Below, one piece after another: positions 30,238-40,797 of a stretch of 42,536 bases of DNA. The stretch comes from an uncultured archaeon. Its GTDB lineage: Archaea > Thermoproteota > Bathyarchaeia > Bathyarchaeales > Bathycorpusculaceae. The position numbers were made by a program, and so were the translations under genes. Position 1 is the first letter of the stretch, and the number at the start of each line of letters is the position of its first letter. The stretch is taken from NCBI GenBank assembly GCA_963782915.1, contig CAWALK010000003.1, forward strand, positions 1 to 42,536. The letters are read 5' to 3'. The notes beneath the pieces were generated by a model. It ran no database searches. It was not told the origin of the DNA and saw only the letters and a program-made list of their open reading frames with translations.

Positions 30238-31438
30238 ATGGTCAAAACAGAGCTAACCCCCCTTCATGCATTTCATGTCATGGCAAAACCGACTGGTTCA
30301 AGATGCAACCTTAACTGTGACTACTGCTTCTTCTCAAAAAAGGGGTATTTGTATCCAAAAAGCGATTTTCGCATGTCAAACGAGGTTATGGAAAGCTATA
30401 TTCGCCAAACCATCCAAGCCCATAACGTACCAGAAGTTACGATTGCTTGGCAGGGCGGCGAACCAACCCTAATGGGGCTAGATTTTTTCCGTCGCTCCAT
30501 GGAAGTGATTCGTGATGCAGGCGCAGGCAAACAAATCGAAGTAACACTGCAAACCAACGGCGTTTTGATTGATGAGGAATGGTGCCGATTCTTTCATGAT
30601 AACAATTTTTTGGTGGGCTTAAGCATTGATGGACCCAAAGCAATGCATGATGCCTATCGAAGGGACAAAATGGGCAAATCAGTTTTCGATAGAGTAATCG
30701 AAAGCGCCAAATTAATGCAAAAATATAACGTTGAATTCAATGTTCTCTGCACAGTCAACGCCCTAAACAGCCAGCATCCACTGGAGGTTTACCGTTTCTT
30801 CCGCGACGAACTAAAAACGCCATATATCCAATTTATCCCTATAGTTGAGCGAGATAATCAAACAGGAAACCAACAAGGAAACCGTGTTACTGAACGTTCG
30901 GTTAATCCATTGCAGTATGGCAGGTTTCTAAACGAGATCTTTGATGAATGGGTCACGAAACGATGTGGGCTCAATGTTTGTTCAGTTCTTCGATGGAGTA
31001 TTAGCGTCCTATGTCCGCGGATACTCTTCACTTTGCGTTTTAAGCCCAAGATGCGGGGAAGGTGTAGCGTTGGAGCATAATGGCGATCTTTACTCATGCG
31101 ACCACTATGTGGAACCGCATTATTTTTTGGGAAACATAACCCAGACCCCGCTTGTCAAGCTTGTTTTGGGTGAGAAGCAGCGTTCTTTTGGAAAAGCCAA
31201 ATCCGATTCACTGCCCAACTATTGCAGGAAATGCGAGTTTTTGTTTACCTGTTATGGTGAATGCCCAAAAAACAGGGTATTGACGACCCCCGAGGGTGAA
31301 GAGGGGTTGAATTGGTTATGCAGTGGATTAAAAGCGTTTTTTTCCCATTCTAAACTCTACATGCAACTGATGGCGACTCTGCTACGGCAGGGGTATTCTG
31401 CTTGTGAAATAATGAAGATATTGGGAACGAAAAAATAG
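30238..31438 (+). CDS. Anaerobic sulfatase-maturating enzyme (radical SAM + SPASM; frameshift ~30958)
   Basis: KPTGSRCNLNCDYCFF, WQGGEPTL, QTNG, SIDGP, YSCDHYV, C..C.....C.GECPKNR, LCSG. Confidence 0.93.
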
Positions 31439-31462
31439 ACTCAAAAGTGCCTATTTGATTGA

Positions 31463-33149
31463 TTAGGTTACGGCGGCAGCTTTCATTTGAATAGCAGCTT
31501 TTTTAGCGGCTTCCTCAGTTAACATACCGATAAGTTGCCCATTTTTGACCATGGCGGCTCTTCGGATGCCCTTCTCGGACATAAGTTTCATTGCTGTAAT
31601 CATTGATTCGTCGCTTTCAAGCATGATTAGCGGGGTAAACTTGAGGTCTTTAGCCAATGTTTTGGTGGGGTCTCTTTGGTGTTCAACGATTTCTCGCAGA
31701 ACATCCCTGTCGTTTATGACGCCAATCGGTTTATGATGCTCTGTGATGAGAACGGAGTTAACGTTGTTTTGCAGCATCTTATCAACGGTCGCTGCTACAG
31801 TCTCTGTAGTTGCAACTTCGATTGTTGGAAGTTTGGTGCCTGCTTGACTGCTGATTTCAGTTATGTCTATGCCGCGTTTCCAGATGTCGTTTAGCATTTC
31901 GCTGACACGTTCGATTTGGCTGGGATCGGTGGAGTAGAAGGTATCTGCTAGAGTAGAAAGCTGATTCAGTTCCGAAGTCGCTTAGCGGCGGATTCTTGAA
32001 CATAAACAGGTGCTTGTTATCCACAAGCATCATAGTCATGTAACTGATGGGCACATGCTTGATTTCATAGTGCATGGCGAGTTTTTGGGCTGGCTCCAAA
32101 TTGTCCAAATCGATGGATGCCATTAAACGGACTTTCAAGCCTTTTTTGAAGAATTTGATGAGCGGATCGTCTTCGGCTAATCGGTTGATGCTCTGGGAAG
32201 AGGTGATGACTACGACCTCTTTTTTAGCGGATTCAATCACTTTGATAACTTTGTTCCATGCTTCCTCCGCACCTTTAATGACTAATGTTTCGCCCAGCGG
32301 TATGCCGCTTCTGAGTTCGTCGATGCGGCGGGTGGCGTCTACTCCGCTCTGCCACATCTGCACAAAAAACGCTTTCAAAACGGAAATGAACATTTTATCG
32401 TTAATCCACAACCCCTCATCCTCAAGGTTAAGTACCGATGCTTCGTTGCCAAATGGTGCATAGAGGATGGCTTCTTCTTCGTCTTTTATGAGGAAGCGTG
32501 GGAAAAACTTGGAGTTCATGTTTACATGGCGTAGTTTGATGTTGAGTTTGTCTTCGGTTATGTTTCGGTCGATGCGTTCGACTACTTTTAGGTTTTCTGC
32601 GGAGATGTCAGTGATGATCTGAACTTGTACATTGCGTTCCTGAGAAGGCTCGACTGCAGCGTCGAATATCCCAGCGATGTCTTCCTGGATTAAACCCAAA
32701 GCGGTGGTTAATACGATTACTTCGGATTTGGATTCTTCAATCATGTTTAGCATTTTTGAATGAATCTTTTTCTTCCCGGTAATAATCGAGAATTTAGCGA
32801 CCGGATACTCGGATTCGGGGGCACTAATCGATTGCCAAGCAGTGAGTAAATTCTGTTTTTGGTCGTTTAAGTTTACGACTTCATTCTTTTTTGCAGTAAT
32901 AAAATTATCAACTAAAGCCGAGAAGGGAACAATCGTGAAACGCGTAGGCCTCTCCAATGTTGCTTCAATGAAGCCTTTTTCTTGTAGCTTCTTGAATGTA
33001 CGATAAGCCTGCACACGCTCCATCTTTAGCCGTTTAGCGACAAAGCTGGTCGATTGCACGCCGCTCTTGGCTAGAAACATGTAGACTTGTATTTCCCGTT
33101 TAGATAATCCTAGAATCTGCAGGAATCTGGTGACGTCTTTTTCACTCAT
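31463..33149 (-). CDS. TrmB-family regulator with duplicated effector domains and a C-terminal CBS pair (frameshift ~31950)
   Basis: N-terminal wHTH (LGLSKREIQVY..L...RVQAYRTFKKLQEKGFI..RP). Two TrmB/PLD-like domains end FVQMWQSG and LNDIWKRG. The bridge LADTFYSTDPSQIERVSE links to the CBS ORF. Confidence 0.8.
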
Positions 33150-33253
33150 CAGTTAACCGCCGTTAAAATCCGCTGTTGCTATAATCACAGTATGCTAAAG
33201 CGGTTAATAAATTGTATCTTTTTTGACACAACAAAACACAATAATCCGGAAGG

Positions 33254-33919
33254 TTAACCCAAGGTTTTTTGCAGCGTACCATACTCAGCTTTAGCTCGTC
33301 GCGCAGGCTCCCAAGATTTCCTAACACAACTCGGGTAATCACCATCATGCTCACTGAGTAAACGCTTTAAAAAACCCAAAGTTTTATCGTCAGTTAAGTA
33401 TCCAGTGCCAAAATCGCCATATTTCACTTTCAAGTTTTCGATTTCGCGGTCGCGATCCACCTTTGCGATGATTGAAGCAGCTGAAACAACGGGATAAGTC
33501 CGGTCAGCTTTGTGGCGGGATATGATTGTTGTTTTGGTTGTTAGGCACTCTTGGATATGCTCGCCGAACCGTTCCTGAATCACATCTGCTGCATCCACGT
33601 AGGCTTCGTCGGGTTTTAGTTCTTCTATGATTTTAGCCATGGTTTGGGCTTCGAGCCGGTTTAGTTTGTAGAGTGTTCGGGTGCATCGGACGGCTTTGTC
33701 GATTAAGTATGGGAGAACTTTTATGGTGTGGTGGTGCTGGGTGAGTTTTAGTATTTCCGGGTAGAGAGCTTCGCGTTTTTTGGCAGTTAATAGCTTGGAA
33801 TCTTTTACGCCTAACTCCATGAGTAGGGGTAGGTTTTCTGTTTTTACAGCTACGCCAGCGACGACTAATGGTCCTATTACGCAGCCTCGCCCTGCCTCGT
33901 CAACACCAGCGATTAACAT
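33254..33919 (-). CDS. rnhB: Ribonuclease HII
   Basis: GVDEAGRG, GVKDSKLL, YVDAAD, HKAD..YPVVSAASIIAKV.RD, GTGY, RKSW. Confidence 0.96.
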   Translation of the reverse strand: MLIAGVDEAGRGCVIGPLVVAGVAVKTENLPLLMELGVKDSKLLTAKKREALYPEILKLTQHHHTIKVLPYLIDKAVRCTRTLYKLNRLEAQTMAKIIEELKPDEAYVDAADVIQERFGEHIQECLTTKTTIISRHKADRTYPVVSAASIIAKVDRDREIENLKVKYGDFGTGYLTDDKTLGFLKRLLSEHDGDYPSCVRKSWEPARRAKAEYGTLQKTLG

Positions 33920-34160
33920 GCCATTTTTTCTTCCTTGAGTGAATTGGGTTGGGCTGCTAGACTATATTGCTTTTCTAAAAGGCACCCTTAAAACACGATG
34001 CGTCTTTGATGCAGTTCGCCAACTGCGCAAGTTAATTCTTTAATACAAAAACATAACAGAGGACTTTTTCCCAAATTTAATAAGGGTAAACAATACAGTA
34101 ACTAGTAGCGCAGAAACGCTTGAACATTAATCAAACAAGTGTTTAGAAGGTTAGAACTGG

Positions 34161-35226
34161 ATGAAGAAAAAATTAATCACTATCATGATAATTGGACTTT
34201 TAGTTTTTTCAACCGTAGATTTAACGCTCGCAGCTAAAGTAAAATGCCCAACATGCAATGGAGAAGGGAGTTATGAATGCACAAACTGTAACGGCACAGG
34301 CAAGTTGACAGGTGACGAAGCAGTTGAATGTTCCCATTGCTCAGGCTCAGGCACATTAACGCCCTCAATAATCAAGAAGACAATGGACGCCAGCCAAAGC
34401 GGAGGAGTAACCACCGTCAATGCAGTCTTAGTAAATAAAGAAACTGTGGAAGCTACAGCTACAGTTACCGCAGACCTTGATGGACACACAGCAACCTCCG
34501 AAGAGACAACATTTCCGCCAGACGAAGAAGTCCCAATAGAATTAACCATCGATTACGTGGGAACCTACACCAGCTTACAGCTCATAAGCAAGGTGACCTT
34601 GACTGTCAATGCCGCAGAGATCACTTGTCCCTACTGCGACGGAGAGGGAACCACCACCGATTCATCAATTTGCCCTGACTGCGATGGTAGATGGAACATT
34701 AAAATGCCCCGACTGTAAAGGCTCAGGCTACATCACTGAGGGCGCAGTCATCAGTGGAAGCGGCAAAAGCGCCAACAGCAGTTTTGATTGGACACTCATT
34801 ATAGGCATAACAGGAGCAGTAGTAGCTGTTGCTGCGGTGGGTGGAGGCGGCTTCTTCTTGCTCAAAAAGAGACGGGTAAGCGAGAAAAGTTTGAGACGCC
34901 TTTCAAGCGGCGAATTCCAAGGTTGGGTCCTCAAACGTTTAGACGGAAAACCAGCCACTTCAAAAGACATCGCCATGGGCATCGACGGTTTCTCACGATT
35001 AAACCAGCCTATATCGATTAAGCAGTCAGATTCGGTTGGCATGAATGCGGTTGATCTTTTTGCTGCATCTTTGGCAAAAAACCGTGCGACAGCGGGAATG
35101 ATGGTGGCTTTCGGATTCAGCGATGACGCCATCAGAGGAAAAGTACGTGCCCGAACAAACTACCGCTTAGACATCCAAATGATGACTGTAAGGGAATTAA
35201 TAGAGAGCAAACATCCAGGCTATTAG
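34161..35226 (+). CDS. Membrane protein: signal peptide, six DnaJ-type CxxCxGxG repeats around a beta-rich insert, TM helix, Mrr-like nuclease domain (frameshift ~34690)
   Basis: Removing one A near 34689 gives CPDCDGDGTLKCPDCKGSG, joining the two ORFs. The C-terminus has LS..EF..WV, GIDG, PISIKQ, VG...VD.F, GMMVAFGFSDDA. Confidence 0.7.
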
Positions 35227-35774
35227 ACTGGCATGTGCATTTCGCCCACTGAGTAGTGGACGATTTCGCCTCGCCTATTCATGACGGCGAGGATTAATTC
35301 TTTCTTTTGGCTTTGGCATTTTGAGAGTGCATCGGCTAAATCGTTAATGGGTAATGGTTTGCCTTCTTGAGTGACAAGGATCAGGTATGGTGCGGTGTCT
35401 TTGCCGTATGCTCCGCGGTCGTATATGCGAAAATCGATGCCTGCGCCGAAGCCCTCACGGACCACGTAACCGCGGCTTCTTAGATCGCGGTAGACGAGGT
35501 AGTTTACCCATGCGTTTTCGTTTAGGGTTTCATAGCAGTGCAGAAGACCCTGGAAATCTACGGTTACGCCCTCTTTGGTTTTGGCTTCCAGCATGCCTTT
35601 GTCTTGGAGGTAGAGTGCTTCGAAGAAGGCTAAAGTGAAAACTTTGTTTTCGAGTGTTCCGTATCCGCGGCTGGTGAGTTGGTCGATGCTGCTTTGTTCG
35701 GCGACGACTATGCCTTTTTCGGTTTGTATGCCGCTTGTTTTGAATTCAACAGGTGCCTTCTTGACTTCGCTCAT
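35223..35774 (-). CDS. tRNA-intron endonuclease, structural (non-catalytic) subunit
   Basis: L.FFEALYL, YLVYRDLRSRGYVVREG, DFRIY; lacks the GPG..H catalytic His loop present in 14452-15006. Confidence 0.85.
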   Translation of the reverse strand: MSEVKKAPVEFKTSGIQTEKGIVVAEQSSIDQLTSRGYGTLENKVFTLAFFEALYLQDKGMLEAKTKEGVTVDFQGLLHCYETLNENAWVNYLVYRDLRSRGYVVREGFGAGIDFRIYDRGAYGKDTAPYLILVTQEGKPLPINDLADALSKCQSQKKELILAVMNRRGEIVHYSVGEMHMPV

Positions 35775-35855
35775 CTCTTAAGCATCCGATATAGGTTTGA
35801 TTTGGGTTTGTCTGCTCTTTAACATTATGCTCTGATATTCTGCGATGCTATTTTG

Positions 35856-36881
35856 TTAAAGCTGGAATTTTGGGCTGAACTTTTTAAAGTCTTTCTTGGT
35901 GTAGATGCCGCTTTCCGTTATAATGCCTGCAACATATTTGAGGGGTGTCGCATCAAACGCAGGGTTGTAGACTGCGACTCCGTCGGGGGCGGTTTGTTGG
36001 CAGCCGACATGGGTGACTTCTTCGGGTTTGCGTTCCTCAATCTCAACATCTGCTGCTTTGCGGGTTAAATCAAAAGTTGATTTTGGGGCGGCAACATAGA
36101 AGGGGATGCCATGTTCATGCGCCAATACTGCGACGCCGTACGTACCGATTTTGTTGAAAACTGCGTCTTGTACGATTCGGTCTGCGCCGACTATGACTTT
36201 GTCTACGAGACCTTTGCTCATGACGTATGCTGCCATGTTGTCGGTGATTAATGTGACTGGGATTCCGTCGCGTTTAAGCTCATAAGCGGTTAATCTTGCG
36301 CCTTGGAGTAGCGGACGGGTTTCGTCGGCGATTACTTTGATTTTTTTGCCCTGCTCCCACGCAGCCCTAACAACGCCCAATGCGGTGCCGTATTCGACTG
36401 CACAGAGTTCGCCTGCGTTGCAGTGGGTTAGGATGGTGTCGCCGTCATCGATTAGCACTGACCCGTTTTTGCCCATTGCATGGTTGTTGGCGGCGTCTTC
36501 GTCGGCGATTAGCTGGGCTTCCGCGATTACGGCGGCTTTAAGCTGGTCGATTGTGCCTTGGGTGGCTTTGGCTTTGTTTAGAACACGGTCGACTCCCCAG
36601 AATAGGTTAACTGCTGTGGGCCGCTGGCGTTTAATGAGTGTGCCTGCTGCTTCAAGTTCAGCTAGAAATTGCGCGGAGGTTTTGGCTTTGGAGTGGTATG
36701 CGGCTATGGCGACGCCGAAGCCTGCGGCTGCACCCAACAATGGCGCGCCACGGACGCGGAGCGTCTTTATGGCTTCCGCCATCTGCTCAACCGATTTAAT
36801 CTCTAAGGTGACTTCTTGGAGGGGAAGTTTTGTTTGGTCAGGAGTAATTACTGTGCCGTTTTGCCACTTTATCATCCGCAT
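35856..36881 (-). CDS. mtnA: Methylthioribose-1-phosphate isomerase (eIF2B-like family)
   Basis: DQTKLP, VRGAP, RPTAVNL, LTHCNAG, YGTALG, DETRPLLQGARLTAYEL, GADRI, NKIGTY, NPAFDATP. Confidence 0.93.
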   Translation of the reverse strand: MRMIKWQNGTVITPDQTKLPLQEVTLEIKSVEQMAEAIKTLRVRGAPLLGAAAGFGVAIAAYHSKAKTSAQFLAELEAAGTLIKRQRPTAVNLFWGVDRVLNKAKATQGTIDQLKAAVIAEAQLIADEDAANNHAMGKNGSVLIDDGDTILTHCNAGELCAVEYGTALGVVRAAWEQGKKIKVIADETRPLLQGARLTAYELKRDGIPVTLITDNMAAYVMSKGLVDKVIVGADRIVQDAVFNKIGTYGVAVLAHEHGIPFYVAAPKSTFDLTRKAADVEIEERKPEEVTHVGCQQTAPDGVAVYNPAFDATPLKYVAGIITESGIYTKKDFKKFSPKFQL

Positions 36882-36927
36882 ACTGTTTGCCTCAGCTAAT
36901 GTTGCTGGATAGTTGGTACATGAGAGT

Positions 36928-37341
36928 TTAAAGTTTTTCTGGTGGCGGACGCTTAAGTGGTTGTATTAAGTCGATGAGGTTGCCGTAGAGGTCTTCGAAA
37001 ACCGCGTCTATACCCCATTCGCGCTCTTCAGGATGTGTTATGAAATTGACGCCTTTGGATTTCAGCTCGTTATAGTCTTGGTCGAAGTTATCTGTCCTTA
37101 TAGTCAGGAAAATATGTTCTGCTGTTTGTTTGCCTACCGCCATTTCTTTCTCTTCAGTGTCAGCTAAGACAAAGGATATTTCAACGTCAGGTTGATCTTT
37201 GAGCGAAACAGTTACCCAGCGTATGCTGCCGAACCAAACTTTGGAGTCCACATGTTTGATGAATCCGAGTTTTTCTGTGTAGAATTTTAGGGCTTCATCT
37301 TGGTCTCGGACTAGCAGGGTAATGTGGCGGATTATTTTCAC
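36928..37341 (-). CDS. VOC/glyoxalase family protein
   Basis: HITLLVRDQDEALKFYTEKLGF, RWVTV, KGVNF, WG..AVFEDLYGN. Confidence 0.9.
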   Translation of the reverse strand: MKIIRHITLLVRDQDEALKFYTEKLGFIKHVDSKVWFGSIRWVTVSLKDQPDVEISFVLADTEEKEMAVGKQTAEHIFLTIRTDNFDQDYNELKSKGVNFITHPEEREWGIDAVFEDLYGNLIDLIQPLKRPPPEKL

Positions 37342-37430
37342 AGCTTCGTCTCCAAGATTAATACCTATGGAGTTAGGATTTAACCTTATCTTACAAGTGT
37401 TTTAAGCGCGATTTTAAGGCGGATAGGGCT

Positions 37431-37829
37431 TCAGGTTGGGGGCATTTTGGGGCGCTGTACAAGATTGATTAAGTTGCCGTATAAGTCCTCAAATGTTACA
37501 ACTTTACCCCAAGGATGGTCCTCTGGATAGGTTATGAAGTTGACTCCTTTGGCTTTCATTTCATTGTAGTCACGTATCAAATCGTCAGTTTCTAGAAACA
37601 TAAAGACATGCTCAGGGGTTTGTTTGCCGACTGCACATATTTTTTCGTCACTATCCGCTAAGACGAGTGTTAACGCTACATCAGGTTGGTCTTTAGGTGA
37701 GATACTGACCCAGCGAATGTTGACCCAAGTTATTTGGTCCACTCGTTTTACAAAACCCAGCTTCTCAGTATAGAACTTTATTGCTTCATCAATATCCTCT
37801 ACTAAGAGGGTGAAATGCCCAATTCTCAC
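37431..37829 (-). CDS. VOC/glyoxalase family protein (tandem paralog)
   Basis: HFTLLVEDIDEAIKFYTEKLGF, AVGKQT, KGVNF, WG....FEDLYGN. Confidence 0.9.
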   Translation of the reverse strand: MRIGHFTLLVEDIDEAIKFYTEKLGFVKRVDQITWVNIRWVSISPKDQPDVALTLVLADSDEKICAVGKQTPEHVFMFLETDDLIRDYNEMKAKGVNFITYPEDHPWGKVVTFEDLYGNLINLVQRPKMPPT

Positions 37830-37908
37830 TTTTACTGCCCCTAATTATATTTGATGTAGTAATAACTTAAGGCTATGCTTTAAAAATGAATAGAGGCTAA
37901 AAAAGCCC

Positions 37909-38661
37909 TTAGGAGGATGTATCAAAGGGGGATTTTAGGTGGGTGACAACTTCGACTGGGCTGTCTTCGCCTGATTTTAGTCGTTTCTTCCATTCCTCTC
38001 CAACAGCGATTAAGGAGAAGATGCCTGAAACTTCCGCTTTGGACTTCTTTACCAAGTTGACAAGCGCTTCTTGGGTTTCGCCGCTCTTAATCATGTCATC
38101 CACAATTAGAACGCTGTCGCGTTTTTTGATGGATTCTTTGGGTATATAGAGTGTAACTGTGACGCCTGAGTCTCTTCCGAGGATGTAGGTTTCTTCGAGG
38201 AATACTTTAACGCCGACTTCTTTGTTACGTTTACCAACGATAAGGTTAACGCCCAAAGCGTTTGCCACCATAGTTGCTAAGGGTATGCCGTCGGTGGCTG
38301 CGGTTAATACTTTTGTGACGCGTTTACCCGCAAAGTTGGCGAGGGCATGGTTAGCGGCTTGTTGGAGAATGTTGTAGTCCCCGACGATTTCGGTATTGTC
38401 AAAATAGCCTAAATCATCGAATTTAATGCGGCTGCGCAGTTCCGCTTCGAGACCGACAAGTTTTGTGAGTACCCGCCAGAGTTGTTTTGCGCGTGTTGTG
38501 TTTGGGAGCACATGTCCTTTTGCGTATCTGCTTAGCACTGTGACGGGTAAGCCTGTTTTTGACGCTAATTCCCGATAAGTAATGTTTCGCTTGTACTTTG
38601 CAGTACGTAGAAGCTCAATAGTCATTAATCTTAATTTTAGGTCTTCTGCGTGAGTACTCAA
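37909..38661 (-). CDS. HTH-phosphoribosyltransferase (PurR-like archaeal regulator / purine PRTase)
   Basis: N-terminal HTH TYRELASKTGLPVTVLSRYAKGHVLP; PRPP motif VLIVDDMIKSGET. Confidence 0.85.
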   Translation of the reverse strand: MSTHAEDLKLRLMTIELLRTAKYKRNITYRELASKTGLPVTVLSRYAKGHVLPNTTRAKQLWRVLTKLVGLEAELRSRIKFDDLGYFDNTEIVGDYNILQQAANHALANFAGKRVTKVLTAATDGIPLATMVANALGVNLIVGKRNKEVGVKVFLEETYILGRDSGVTVTLYIPKESIKKRDSVLIVDDMIKSGETQEALVNLVKKSKAEVSGIFSLIAVGEEWKKRLKSGEDSPVEVVTHLKSPFDTSS

Positions 38662-38797
38662 ATCCCTCTGTCTCCCAATTTACATTTATGCGTCAAATAT
38701 TATAATGTTTCTTAATATGGCGGCTTGGAGATTTATAACTTTCCGTTACAAATCTTAGCAGGAAACCGCAGAAACGCTAAAGATAGCGAGGGAGGAG

Positions 38798-39163
38798 TTA
38801 GTATTTTGCGAAGTAAACTATGCCGTCTTCTTTAAAACCCCTAAGCAACTCGCAATGGCGCAGCACAGCAAATTCCCGCTCAAACACCTCGGCGGATAAA
38901 CCCAAAGTTGCCATTAGGTCTTCTTTGCTGATTCTGCCCCTCTCAACTACAAGGTTGTAGATTTTTCTTTGGAGTTCGCTTAAGCCCTCAGTGCCCTTTT
39001 GCCCAAGCTCCCTACGCACATTCAGCGTGGAGGAAACAGCGGTTGGGTCGCAGGTTTTAGGTGGACTCATCAAATCAAAGCAGCAATCCTCACAGAGCAA
39101 TTTGCCCTGATAGGCGGTAGCTTCATTTTCTGGCAGTTCTGTTTGGCAACGTTCACACTTCAA
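38798..39163 (-). CDS. Zn-finger (CxxC...CxxC) plus winged-helix protein
   Basis: MKCERC...LCEDC, CDP.AV, C-terminal wHTH ending FAVLRHCELLRG. Confidence 0.7.
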   Translation of the reverse strand: MKCERCQTELPENEATAYQGKLLCEDCCFDLMSPPKTCDPTAVSSTLNVRRELGQKGTEGLSELQRKIYNLVVERGRISKEDLMATLGLSAEVFEREFAVLRHCELLRGFKEDGIVYFAKY

Positions 39164-39270
39164 TTGATTACCCTCAGGTGCTTAGCTGGTTTGATAGTTA
39201 ATGATTCTTTCCATAAAACCCCAAAAAATGATTAAGGTTTTTAAAAGCGAACAGTGACTCCTATACTCTA

Positions 39271-39834
39271 ATGGGGGAAATGGGACGCAGAGGCTACAGC
39301 GACTATTCATAATCGCGCTTTTCGGCGCCATCATATTCGTCGCCAACGTGTTCCTGCCGCCGCCACTAAACTACCTCATGATGGTAGTCCAATCTGTGCT
39401 TGTTGGCGTTGGCTTCGCTGTTTATCCATAAAGTCGGCGCAATGTATGTTGGTGCAGTCGGCGGATTGTTAACTGCGCTTGTAAGCCCAGCTTTGGGATT
39501 GTTCACCTTTGTCTTCGCTTTCCTCTATGGCGTCTATGTGGACGTTTGTTTGGCTGTGTTTAGGGTGAAGGGTTCGCCTCAGGGTGTAAACCGCAACCGA
39601 CTCATGGCAGCCATGGCAGTAAGCACCCTACTCATAGCCGTTTCCAGTTACTCGGCATTCGCTGTATTCCCAGAATTCTTCAACGCACAAGGATTAGCCT
39701 ATTTCAGCTTATTCATTCAGCGCAGTCCAATGTTGGATATGCTTGTGCTGTTTATGGGTCCCGCCACAGGCGTCACAGCGGGCTACGCAGCCGCTTATCT
39801 GTGGAACAAGTACCTGCGCCACATCTGCGTCTAA
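39271..39834 (+). CDS. Polytopic membrane protein, ECF S-component-like (frameshifts near the 5' end and ~39398)
   Basis: The upstream frame RLFIIALFGAIIFVANVFLPPPLNYLMMVVQSV joins LALASLF..KVGAMYVGAVGGLL; ~5 TM segments. Confidence 0.55.
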
Positions 39835-39835
39835 G

Positions 39836-40108
39836 CTACTGTTTGTAGGTGGCTTTGATTTTTTGGTCCACAATCTGCGCAATGAACAAGTTAGAGATAA
39901 AGATGTATTTCACGCCCAGTAGCTCGGCGAGTTCGGCGGGTTTCTGGTCCTGAGTTACCAACAATAAGCCATGTTTGAGGGCATATTCGACTACAGCTCG
40001 GTCCTTAGCCGCTTTCAAGCCCGCTTCCTGTGCAGTTATGACTTCGTAGCCTAAGGTTTCGAAGTATTCTTTCAATCCAGCGTACATTTCGTCTAGTAAA
40101 AGCTTCAT
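39836..40108 (-). CDS. DUF5615 / Mut7-C-like PIN-domain protein
   Basis: MKLLLDEM...L...L...GYEV...GL..AKD..V..YA....LLVTQD. Confidence 0.8.
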   Translation of the reverse strand: MKLLLDEMYAGLKEYFETLGYEVITAQEAGLKAAKDRAVVEYALKHGLLLVTQDQKPAELAELLGVKYIFISNLFIAQIVDQKIKATYKQ

Positions 40109-40164
40109 AGCATCCAATCCCAGATTAGGCACTAAAAATATTTAGGGTTTGCCCAAAAATGGGC

Positions 40165-40797
40165 TTAATCGATAAGCAAAAGAGCGAAAGAATCCGCGTT
40201 TTTAGTGAATGGGAAATTAAATGCGATACCAGCATTCGCCGCTGTCTTTTTCACGTTAACCCCTATCGCGTCCTCTGACATACGCATCAACTCTGGGTGC
40301 CTGCAAATCTTTGTTTCCAAGTTGCATGTGTCGCAGAGTTGGCAATGCCCCGAAATAAACGAAATCGCTAAACTATAGCCCTGCTTCATGGCGGCTTTTT
40401 CTAAGCCCACGACGGATTGGAGCATTTTGTGTTTATCGTCTTTCCAGTCTTGCCAGAATTTAGCGGCTTTCTCTTTGATGTCTTGTGGGGTGGAGGGGTC
40501 GGATTCGTAGGTCATTAGGTGTTTGTAGACTTCTTGGTCGGCGGTGGCGTTTGTGGTGAATTTCATGAACATTGCATAACTGTATTCCGAGACGATTTTT
40601 CGGAATTCCTCTGCTGAGGGCGTGTAGGGTGGGCAGGCGAGGGTTTTGCCGTAGTGGTTGCAGCCTACTTTGCATTTGAGGACTACGCGGTCTTCGACGA
40701 CGACAAGGTTGGTTGGGATGATTTTGGCGTCGGTTGCGCCTGCTTCGAGGGCGAGTTTGGTTAGGAACTGGTATTTTTCTGCGTCAGTCTGGGACAT
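40165..40797 (-). CDS. DUF2284 metal-binding protein
   Basis: LKCKVGC..YG....CPP, LEK.A...GY, GHCQLCDTC, CRHP...R.S..A.G.NV. Confidence 0.85.
   Translation of the reverse strand: MSQTDAEKYQFLTKLALEAGATDAKIIPTNLVVVEDRVVLKCKVGCNHYGKTLACPPYTPSAEEFRKIVSEYSYAMFMKFTTNATADQEVYKHLMTYESDPSTPQDIKEKAAKFWQDWKDDKHKMLQSVVGLEKAAMKQGYSLAISFISGHCQLCDTCNLETKICRHPELMRMSEDAIGVNVKKTAANAGIAFNFPFTKNADSFALLLID

Noticed and set aside
39836-40108. PIN-like gene as the toxin of a TA pair
   Set aside because: No adjacent antitoxin-like (e.g. DUF433/HTH) gene; the upstream neighbour is DUF2284.
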